64,000 bases of DNA from assembly GCA_964291625.2 (NCBI GenBank), contig OZ220090.1, positions 320,001 through 384,000 on the forward strand, read 5' to 3'. Of the stretch, positions 56,203 through 64,000 are shown one piece after another. A program made the translations under genes and the position numbers. The notes below the pieces were generated by a model that had not been told where the DNA came from, made no database searches, and saw nothing but the letters and a program-made list of their open reading frames with translations. Numbering within the stretch: the first letter of the stretch is position 1; each line of letters begins with the position of its first letter. The stretch is from Candidatus Latescibacterota bacterium (lineage in GTDB: Bacteria; Latescibacterota; UBA2968; UBA8231).

Positions 56203-58491
56203 ATGCGCGACTACGAAGCCAACGCCGTCCTGTCGACGAAGGAGTACCGCGTCGTCGGGCGCCGTCCGGTGCGCCACGACGGTGCCGACAAGGTGACGGG
56301 CAAGGCTCGCTACGGCGCCGACATGGTTCTGCCGCGAATGCTCTACGGCAGGATTCTGCGCTCGCCTCACGCCCACGCCCGCATCGAGTCCCTCGACACC
56401 AGCCGCGCCGAGGCCGCCCCCGGGGTGAAGGCCGTGGTCACGGCCCGGGATTTCCCGGAACCGGGTGGGCCGCCCGGCTGCTTCCAGCTGCTCAACCTGA
56501 TGGCCCGCGGCAAGGTGTTCTACAAGGGTCACGCCGTGGCCGCCGTCGCCGCCGCCAGTCCCCACGAGGCCGAGGAGGCCCTCGACCTGATCGACGTGCG
56601 CTACACGCCGCTCCCGGCGGTCTTCGACGCGCCGCAGGCCATGGCCGACGGCGCACCCCTGCTGCACGAGGACCTGCAGGAGGCGATCGATCCGGACAGC
56701 CTCGACCTGGAGACCTGGCCCCCGAACGTGGCCAATCACCTCGAGAGCGAGCTCGGCGACGTGGACGAGGGCTTCCGCCGGGCCGAGGTGATCGTGGAGA
56801 AGAGCACCACCACCAAGGCCGTGCACCAGGGATACATCGAGCCCCACGCGGGCACCGCCATGTGGCACGAGGACGGGCGGCTGACGATCTGGAGCAGCAG
56901 CCAGGGCCACTTCTCGGTGCGCGAGCAGACGGCCCGGGTCTGCGGCGTGCCGGTCTCCCGGGTGCGCGCCGTGCCGCTGGAGATCGGCGGCGGCTTCGGC
57001 GCCAAGCTGCGTGTCTACGTGGAACCGGTGGCGGCCCTGCTGGCGCGCAAGGCGTGGGTGCCGGTGAAGGTCGCCATGACCCGGTCCGAGGTCTTCGAGG
57101 CCACCGGCCCCGCCTCGGGCACGCAGATCCAGGTGCGCATCGGGGCCACCCGGGAGGGCCGCATCACCGCCGCCTCGGCCCGCCTGGTCTACGAGGCCGG
57201 CTGCTTCCCCGGCTCCTCCGTGGGCGCCGGCCTGCGCTGCATGTTCTCCCCCTACGACATCCCCCACGCCGCCATCGAGGGCTTCGACGTGGTCGTCAAT
57301 CGCCCGAAGACCGCCGCCTACCGGGCGCCGGGCACGCCGGCGGCGGCCTACGCCGTGGAGACCGCCCTCGACGAGCTGGCCGAGCGCCTGGGCATGGACC
57401 CCCTCGAGCTGCGCCTGAAGAACTGCGCCGCCGAGGGCACGCGCACCATCGCCGGCACGGCCCTGCCAAGGGTCGGGTTCGCCGAGGTTCTGGAGGCGGC
57501 GCGCGGCCACCACCACTACCGCACGCCTCTCGAGGGAGCGTGGAGGGGGCGGGGCGTGGCCAGCGGCTACTGGGGCAACGGCTCCGGGCCTTCGAGCGCC
57601 GTGGCGGTGGTCAACGCCGACGGCACCGTGCACCTGGCCGAGGGCTCGCCCGACATCGGCGGCACCCGCACCTCGGTGGCCCAGCAGTTCGCCGAGACCC
57701 TGGGCCTGGACGTGGAGGACGTGCGCCCCGAGGTGGCCGACACCGACTCGGTGGGCCAGACCTCCAACACCGGCGGCAGCGGCGTCACCTTCAAGACCGG
57801 CCACGCGGCGATCGCCGCGGCCGAGGACGTGAGGCGCCAGCTCGTCGAGCGCGCCGCCCGCATCTGGGAGTGCGATCCCGGGCAGGTGAGCTATGCCGAC
57901 GGGGTGCTGGCCCAAGAGGGCGATCCGGAGCTGCGCCTCACCCTGAGGGAGATCGCCGCCGGCGCCGCCGCCACCGGCGGCCCCATCGTCGGCCGGGCCG
58001 GGGTCAGCCCCTCCGGCGCCGGACCCGCCCTGGCGACCCACATCGTCGACGTCGAGGTCGACCCCGAGACCGGCAAGGTGGAGATCCTGCGCTACACCGC
58101 CGTGCAGGACGCGGGCAAGGCGATCCACCCCGGCTACGTGGAGGGCCAGATCCAGGGCGCCGTCGCCCAAGGGGTGGGCTGGGCCCTGAACGAGGAGTAC
58201 TTCACCAACGCCGAGGGCGTCATGGAGAACTCCACCTTCCTCGACTACCGCATGCCCACCAGCCTCGACCTGCCCATGGTCGACACGGTGATCGTCGAGG
58301 TCCACAACCCCGGCCACCCCTTCGGCGTCCGCGGCGTCGGCGAGGTGCCGATCGTGCCGCCCCTGGCGGCCGTGGCCAACGCCGTGTACGCCGCCACCGG
58401 CGCCCGCATCGACGACCTGCCCATGAACCCGCCGGCGGTGGCGGCGGCGATCGCCCGGGGCCGGGAGGAGCGGGTGGCGGCCGGGGGCTGA
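56203..58491 (+). CDS. Xanthine dehydrogenase family molybdopterin-binding (large) subunit
   Basis: KVTGKARY, LRSPHAHARI, IGGGFGAK, AYRAPG, EVDPETG, EGQIQGA, GVGE. Confidence 0.92.
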   Translation: MRDYEANAVLSTKEYRVVGRRPVRHDGADKVTGKARYGADMVLPRMLYGRILRSPHAHARIESLDTSRAEAAPGVKAVVTARDFPEPGGPPGCFQLLNLMARGKVFYKGHAVAAVAAASPHEAEEALDLIDVRYTPLPAVFDAPQAMADGAPLLHEDLQEAIDPDSLDLETWPPNVANHLESELGDVDEGFRRAEVIVEKSTTTKAVHQGYIEPHAGTAMWHEDGRLTIWSSSQGHFSVREQTARVCGVPVSRVRAVPLEIGGGFGAKLRVYVEPVAALLARKAWVPVKVAMTRSEVFEATGPASGTQIQVRIGATREGRITAASARLVYEAGCFPGSSVGAGLRCMFSPYDIPHAAIEGFDVVVNRPKTAAYRAPGTPAAAYAVETALDELAERLGMDPLELRLKNCAAEGTRTIAGTALPRVGFAEVLEAARGHHHYRTPLEGAWRGRGVASGYWGNGSGPSSAVAVVNADGTVHLAEGSPDIGGTRTSVAQQFAETLGLDVEDVRPEVADTDSVGQTSNTGGSGVTFKTGHAAIAAAEDVRRQLVERAARIWECDPGQVSYADGVLAQEGDPELRLTLREIAAGAAATGGPIVGRAGVSPSGAGPALATHIVDVEVDPETGKVEILRYTAVQDAGKAIHPGYVEGQIQGAVAQGVGWALNEEYFTNAEGVMENSTFLDYRMPTSLDLPMVDTVIVEVHNPGHPFGVRGVGEVPIVPPLAAVANAVYAATGARIDDLPMNPPAVAAAIARGREERVAAGG

Positions 58492-58494
58492 GCC

Positions 58495-60893
58495 GTGAGG
58501 GCCTACCCGCAGCCGGCGGCGGTCTTCGGGGAGGCGCGGTGGATCACCGTGCCGGGGCCGCACCCGCAGAATTGCACCTTCCTCGCCCGCCGCGGCTTCG
58601 AGGTCTCCCGGGTCTCGCGGCCGGCCACCCTGCTCATCGCCGCGGAGGCGCGCTACGCGGTCTGGTTCAACGGCCGCTACCTCGGCTCGGGGCCCGCTCG
58701 GGGCACCCACTACCGCTACTTCTACGACAGCTACGACGTGGGCGGCCTGCTGGCGGCCGGCCGCAACACCCTCGCCGTGCGCGTCCACTGCCCGCTGGGC
58801 GGCACCACCGGCACGGTGCCGCCGCCCCTGCCGGCGCTGATCGCGCGCCTCGATCCCCTGGTCGCCAGCGACGCCTCCTGGCAGGTCTGCGCCGACCCCG
58901 CCCATCGCGCCGACGCGCTCCTCTACAACCTCCACATCGGCTACTCCGAGTACCGCGACCTGCGCCGCGATCCCGAGGGCTGGGAGGTCGGCGAGGACCG
59001 GTTCGCCGGCTGGCGGGAGGCATGCGAGGTGGGCGCCGCCGGGGAAGCTCTCGAAGGCCGGCTGCTCTCCCCGAGAGACATTCCTCTCCTCACCGAACGC
59101 CACTACCGGCCTGCGCGCATCGTCGACACCGGCGCCGTGCCGCTCCACCGACCGGGGGTCGAGGACGATCTGGACTACGCCGGGCTCATGCAGGTGGAGA
59201 TGCATCTGGGCCTCTCGCACGAGCTCTTCGCCGACGTCGAGGCGCTCACCCGGGGAGGGGCGGCGACGATCCGGCCCTCCCCGCGGCTCACCACCCTGGC
59301 GGCGGCCGAGGGCGCCTACCTGATCGCCGACTTCGAGCGCGCCGTCTGCGGGCACCTGGTGCTCGACATCGAGGCCCCCGCCGGCACCATCGTCGACGTC
59401 GGCTACGACGAGGCCCTCGGCAACGGGCGCCTGGACCCGAAGCGGTTCAACCCCCTCGGGCCGATCTACCGGTTCGCCGACCGCTTCATCCTGCGGGCCG
59501 GGCGGCAGCGGGTGGCCAGCCGGCTCCACGACCGGGGCGCCCGCATCGTGCAGCTCACCCTGCGCCGGTTCTCCGAGCCGGTCCGCGTCCACGGACTGGA
59601 GCTGGTGGACCGTGTCTACCCGCTGCCCCTGCAGGCATCCTTCGAATGCGATCAGCCTTCCTCAACCGGCTCTGGGAGAAGTCGTGCGCCACCGTGGCCG
59701 CCTGCAGCACCGACCTCTTCATCGACTGCCCGTGGCGCGAGCAGACCTTCTGGCTCGACGACTACTACGAGGAGAACCTCTACTATCTCTGCCTGACCGC
59801 CGAGCGCACCTTCCTGGAGCGCAACCTGCGGGTGAGCGCCGAGGCGGCGTTTGCCGACGGCCAGATGCCCGGCCGCTACCCGTCGGCCCGCGACGCTCGG
59901 CTGCCGGTGACCACCGCCAACTGGATCATGGTCCTGGCCGACTACTACCGGTACACCGGCGACCTGGCCCTGGTGCGCGAGCTGCTGCCCGTGGCCGACG
60001 CGGCCCTGGGGTGGTTCGACTCGCTGCGCGACGCGGATCTGCTGGTGCCGGACCAGGCCGACCAGTGGAACTTCATCGACTGGGGGTACGACACGGCCGG
60101 CATCCAGCTCGGGGGCAAGACGGCGGTCCTCAACATGCTGGTGGCCGCGGTCTGCAGGGAGGCGGCGCGGCTCCACGAGGCGGCCGGCGACCCGGCCCGG
60201 GCCCGCCACCTGGAGGCGCGCTCCGCGGATACGGTCGCCGCCCTGCTGAAGGCCCTGTGGAGTTCCGGGGAAGGCCGCCTCCTCGACTGCACCGAGCCCG
60301 GGGACGGCCGGCGCACCTTCAGCCAGATCCCCCACGCTCTCGGCCTCTACTACGATCTGCTGGCGGGTGAGCACCGGCAGGGGGCGCTGGAGGCCCTCCT
60401 CGATCCGGAGGTCGTGCGCGCCGAGCTCGGCTACCAGTACTTCGTGCTCGCCTCCCTGGCGCGCGCCGGCCGCGGCGGGCGGGCCCTGGCCGTGCTGCGC
60501 GAGGTGTGGGGCGGGATGGCCGCCGCCGACACGCCGACCCTGTGGGAGGTCGTCGACGGCCGTTCCTCCATGAGCGGCTGCGGCAGCCTCTGCCACGCCT
60601 ACGCCTGCGCGCCCCTGCCGATCCTGCAGGGCACGGTCCTCGGGGTCAGCCCGCTGCGGCCGGGTTTCTCCGAGTTCCGCTTCGCTCCTCGGGGCCTGGG
60701 GATCCACTGGGCCGAAGGACGGGTGCCGACACCCTGCGGCGCCGTGGAGGTCTCCTGGTCGCAGCGGGAGGCGGACGGGCCCCTGGCGGCCACCATCGCG
60801 GTGCCGGAGGGGACGGCGGCGGTCTGCGCCGATGGACGGCGCCTGGAGCCGGGGTCCCACTCCCTGCAGATCGCCCCGGAACCGTCCGCCTGA
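58495..60893 (+). CDS. Alpha-L-rhamnosidase-like glycoside hydrolase (GH78) (frameshift near 59656)
   Basis: N-terminal FLARR.F, Y..WFNG; after one missing base DCPWREQ..WLDD, FIDWG, TLWE, SLCHAY, VPTPCG. Confidence 0.85.
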
Positions 60894-60969
60894 GCGGCGC
60901 CCGGACCGGGAGCGCCACGGCCCTGCGCGCCCGTCGGCCGGTCGGCCCGCCGGAGAGACGAGATCCCCC

Positions 60970-63735
60970 ATGAGAGCTGAAATGGTCCTGCACTACGCCT
61001 TCGGCGCCGCCGACGATCCCGTGGAACGCGACCTGAGCGGAGCCGGCCATGACGGCCGGATCGTCGGAGGGGCCCGGCGCGTGGAGGGGGAGTTCGGCAG
61101 CGCCCTGGAGCTCGACGGGACCGATGGCCACGTCGATTGCGGGGCCGGTCCGGGCCTGGACCTCGGCGAGGCCGGGACGATCATGCTCTGGCTGAAGCCC
61201 GCGTCCCCGCGGCAGGGAGGGATCGTCAGCTGGTCGGCGGGCCCGGAGGAGGCGGACCAGCGCCTGGTCGTCTCGCTGAACACCTGGAGGGAGAGCGGCT
61301 TCGCCGGGGAGCAGGTCCACGAAGCCCTGGGCACCTACTTCGCCAACGGCGAGCACTTCGCGGAGCAGTTCCGCACGCCGGAGCACAAGCCGTGGTTCCC
61401 GCCGGCCGGGGAGTGGGTCTTCTGGGCGGTCACCTTCGACGGCCGCGCGGTGGACTACTACCGCGACGGGGTGGCCGTGGAGACGCGGTTCCAGACGCTG
61501 CGCCCCGACACCGGGGACGCTGCCCTGTGGCTCGGCCGGTGCGTCGGACTCGGCGGAGCGGGCGACTACTACAGGGGACTGCTCGCCGACGTGCGCGTCT
61601 ACCGGGGCGCCCTGAGCGCCAGGGAGATCTACCTGCGCTACATGGAGTCGGCCGCGGGCCGGGGCAAGAAGACCTCCCACTTCGGCTCCCTCGCCATCGA
61701 GACGGCGGTCAATCCCGAGGCGGGCACGATCTTCGCCGACCTGGACTACCGCGGGCTGGCGCCGATGGCCGGCCGGCCCGCGCTCGCGGCGACGCTTGTC
61801 GACGGCAGGGGAGAGGTCGCGGCCGCGGCGAAGGTGCGCACGGCGCCTTCCTGGGGACATGCCGAGGCGGTGGTGGACGTCTCGGAGCTCCCGGCCGGCA
61901 GTTACACCTTGCGGGTCGAGCCCGACAGGGGCCGGCCGGCCAGCGAGCCTGTCGAGTGGCCCGGAAGGGCGAGGGGCTGGGAGTCGGTGCGGGTGCTGAA
62001 CAACTTCTGCTGGGAGCTTCTGGACGAGCGGCCGGCCACCCGGCGGTCCGAGTACTCCTTCACCAACCCGCGGCGCGGCTGGGTCTGGTTCCGCACCGAG
62101 AGCGAAGGCGGCCTGACCCTTCGGGTGCCGGGGGCTGCGCCGCAGGTGATCAACGATCCGGGGAGGGCCGGCGGGCAGGAGGCGATGCGCTGGATGGAGG
62201 CCGGCCGGCACCGCGTCGTACTCAGCGGCCCGGGCACGCTCCACCGCCTGACCGTCCGCTCCGTGCCCATCCTCCTGTTTTGGCACTACCCTCACATCGG
62301 CCCGGGAACCGGCGACGACGGCGAGTACCTGGACCGGCACGTCCTCGGTCCGTGCAACCTGATCCACACCCACCGCCCGGAACCCGGCTCCGACACGGCC
62401 AAGTTCCTGGAGGAGTGGGTGGAGCGGCGAGGACTCTTCGCACTCGAAGGCCTCTACCTGCTGCAGGACGTCCACGACACGTTCGAGGACGACACGGCAG
62501 AGCAGCGGATCACGGAGTTCCTGACCGGGAACGCGGGCCTGGGGGAGACCCGGTACCGGGGGGTGATCATCGACGAGTTCTCACCCGGCGACGACGTGCA
62601 GATGTTCAACAGGAGCTACTACGACGAGTGGACGCGGGCCTGCGCCGCCGTGCTCGACGATCCCCGGTACGCCGGCCGCTTCATCATGCCCGCCATGGGC
62701 TACAACATGTACGACTTCGACAAGAGCGCCGCCTTCCTCACCCGGCTGATCGAGCACGGTTCCTACGTCATCGAGGAACACTACCTGAGCGAGTGCGACA
62801 CCGAGGATCAGGCCTGGCGGTCGATCCACGAGATCGGCGCCGCCCTCGAGCCGAGGCGGCAGGAGGCGAGTCCCGGGTACACCCGGGGCGCGATCAAGCT
62901 GCTCAGCTACCTGCAGCGCGAGATCTGGAATCCGGCCTGCAACTTCCGGGTCTTCCTGGACATGCAGTTCGAGCACCACGCCACGCGGCCCGAGTTCTTC
63001 GGCGTCGGCGGCATCGGCGCCTACTCCAGCTACAACTGCAACAACGAGGAGTACGTCCGCTGGGTCTCGGCTCTGATGCGGCACTATGCCATCGAAGGCG
63101 GCACCGGCCGCTTGAGCTCCGAGCCGTACGAAGTGGAACAGATCCGGAATCCCGACTTTCTCGAGGGGACCGAAGGCTGGACGCTGCAGCCGGCGGAGGA
63201 GGGGAGCATGGAGGTGAGGAGCCGCGAGGGCTACGGCCTCACCCAGGAACGGCGCCCCCACCGGAGCCACACGGAGATGCCCTTCCTCTGGACCCGCCGT
63301 TCGGCGTCGAGGCCGAACCGCTTCTCCCAGGAGATCCGCAACCTGGAAGCGGGGGAGCTCTATCTCGCGCGCCTGTGGGTGGGGGACTACACCGAGCTGC
63401 TGGCCGGGGAGTCGAGAGACGAGCCGCGGGCGGTCGGTCTTCGAGTGGAGGGGGCCGAGACATGGGATGACTGGTACCGCAGCCAGGCCTGGGAGGGGGG
63501 CCAGTTCACCTTCGCCAGCTACCTGCCGCCCTTCAGCGCCGACAACCGATACCACTTCAGGATCCACCAGCTCGTCTTCCGCGCCGGCGGACCCACGGCT
63601 CGACTGGTCGTCGAAGACTGGAAGAGCGGTTCGCGGCCGGGGGGGCCGGTCGGCCAGGAGCTGATGTTCAACATGATCGACGTGCACCCCTACTTCGAAG
63701 CGGAAGGGGGTGCCGCCAGCCGTCACTCCCCGTAG
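60970..63735 (+). CDS. LamG-domain protein with putative glycoside-hydrolase-like barrel and CBM-like C-terminus
   Basis: DLSG.GHDG, GSALELDG, TIMLW.KP, YRGLLADVRVY LamG motifs; GVIIDEF; IRNPDFLEG. Confidence 0.75.
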   Translation: MRAEMVLHYAFGAADDPVERDLSGAGHDGRIVGGARRVEGEFGSALELDGTDGHVDCGAGPGLDLGEAGTIMLWLKPASPRQGGIVSWSAGPEEADQRLVVSLNTWRESGFAGEQVHEALGTYFANGEHFAEQFRTPEHKPWFPPAGEWVFWAVTFDGRAVDYYRDGVAVETRFQTLRPDTGDAALWLGRCVGLGGAGDYYRGLLADVRVYRGALSAREIYLRYMESAAGRGKKTSHFGSLAIETAVNPEAGTIFADLDYRGLAPMAGRPALAATLVDGRGEVAAAAKVRTAPSWGHAEAVVDVSELPAGSYTLRVEPDRGRPASEPVEWPGRARGWESVRVLNNFCWELLDERPATRRSEYSFTNPRRGWVWFRTESEGGLTLRVPGAAPQVINDPGRAGGQEAMRWMEAGRHRVVLSGPGTLHRLTVRSVPILLFWHYPHIGPGTGDDGEYLDRHVLGPCNLIHTHRPEPGSDTAKFLEEWVERRGLFALEGLYLLQDVHDTFEDDTAEQRITEFLTGNAGLGETRYRGVIIDEFSPGDDVQMFNRSYYDEWTRACAAVLDDPRYAGRFIMPAMGYNMYDFDKSAAFLTRLIEHGSYVIEEHYLSECDTEDQAWRSIHEIGAALEPRRQEASPGYTRGAIKLLSYLQREIWNPACNFRVFLDMQFEHHATRPEFFGVGGIGAYSSYNCNNEEYVRWVSALMRHYAIEGGTGRLSSEPYEVEQIRNPDFLEGTEGWTLQPAEEGSMEVRSREGYGLTQERRPHRSHTEMPFLWTRRSASRPNRFSQEIRNLEAGELYLARLWVGDYTELLAGESRDEPRAVGLRVEGAETWDDWYRSQAWEGGQFTFASYLPPFSADNRYHFRIHQLVFRAGGPTARLVVEDWKSGSRPGGPVGQELMFNMIDVHPYFEAEGGAASRHSP

Positions 63736-64000
63736 AACCAGTCCAGCCCGACCCGGGCCAGCCGTATCCCGTCGAGGGCGTGGTAGTTCACCAGGGCGAC
63801 GCGGTCGCCGTCGATCCAGGTGAGGCCCGGATAGCCGTAGTCCCCGTGGCCGCCCTGCGGATCCGGCGCGATGCGGCGGAACCGCCCCCAGCTCCGGCCT
63901 CCATCCGTCGAGACCGCCGAGGTCAGGGGCGAGCGCACCTTGCCGAGGGGGATCTCCAGCTCGCCGACGCGGACCGCCGGCTGCTGCTCGCCGCGGTAGA
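63723..64000 (-). CDS. Sialidase/BNR-repeat protein, 3' end (runs off window)
   Basis: RSPLTSAVSTDGGRSW Asp-box and DYGYP motif. Confidence 0.75.
   Translation of the reverse strand, partial: YRGEQQPAVRVGELEIPLGKVRSPLTSAVSTDGGRSWGRFRRIAPDPQGGHGDYGYPGLTWIDGDRVALVNYHALDGIRLARVGLDWFYGE

Noticed and set aside
56203-58491. Aerobic CO dehydrogenase CoxL
   Set aside because: The active-site loop reads AYRAPG, not AYxCSFR, and no cox cluster is present.
55926-60893. 1655-aa ORF and other very long Arg/Pro/Gly-rich ORFs (23529-26858, 38941-43044, 42435-45671, 56155-59592, 39101-41905)
   Set aside because: Shadow frames of high-GC coding DNA. Only the segments matching real genes are protein-like.

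Overview
High-GC bacterial window, almost fully protein-coding, with about 50 genes. I see no rRNA, tRNA, CRISPR array, transposase or phage genes. The gene mix resembles accessory catabolic regions of Ca. Latescibacterota-, Poribacteria- or Gemmatimonadota-like marine or sponge-associated bacteria (inference only): five PhyH-family dioxygenases, two DUF6785/6784-type membrane proteins, DUF4838, heparinase-, sialidase- and rhamnosidase-like enzymes, and a FlgD/T9SS-like C-terminal domain. Main blocks: (1) 1-6.5 kb, 2-oxoacid dehydrogenase-like operon whose E2 lacks a catalytic domain and whose 3' end is tandemly duplicated (414-bp period). (2) About 8-18 kb, lower-GC accessory patchwork with an orphan HEPN-like/Zn-ribbon gene, a DUF4258/DUF2283 toxin-antitoxin pair, APH kinase, RNase H-like protein, PhyH-Nudix fusion and NPPF methyltransferase. 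(3) Amino-sugar modification and glycan-degradation genes. (4) A eukaryote-like alkyl-DHAP synthase followed by a DHRS7B/PexRAP-like reductase, a candidate bacterial ether-lipid module and the top finding. (5) An amide-hydrolase operon with an M28/DUF4910-AAC(3) fusion, followed by a ~160-nt structured sRNA candidate bounded by a promoter and a terminator, with anti-Shine-Dalgarno loops. Five genes carry single-base frameshifts, probably assembly errors. All family assignments come from motif recognition by eye; no searches were run.
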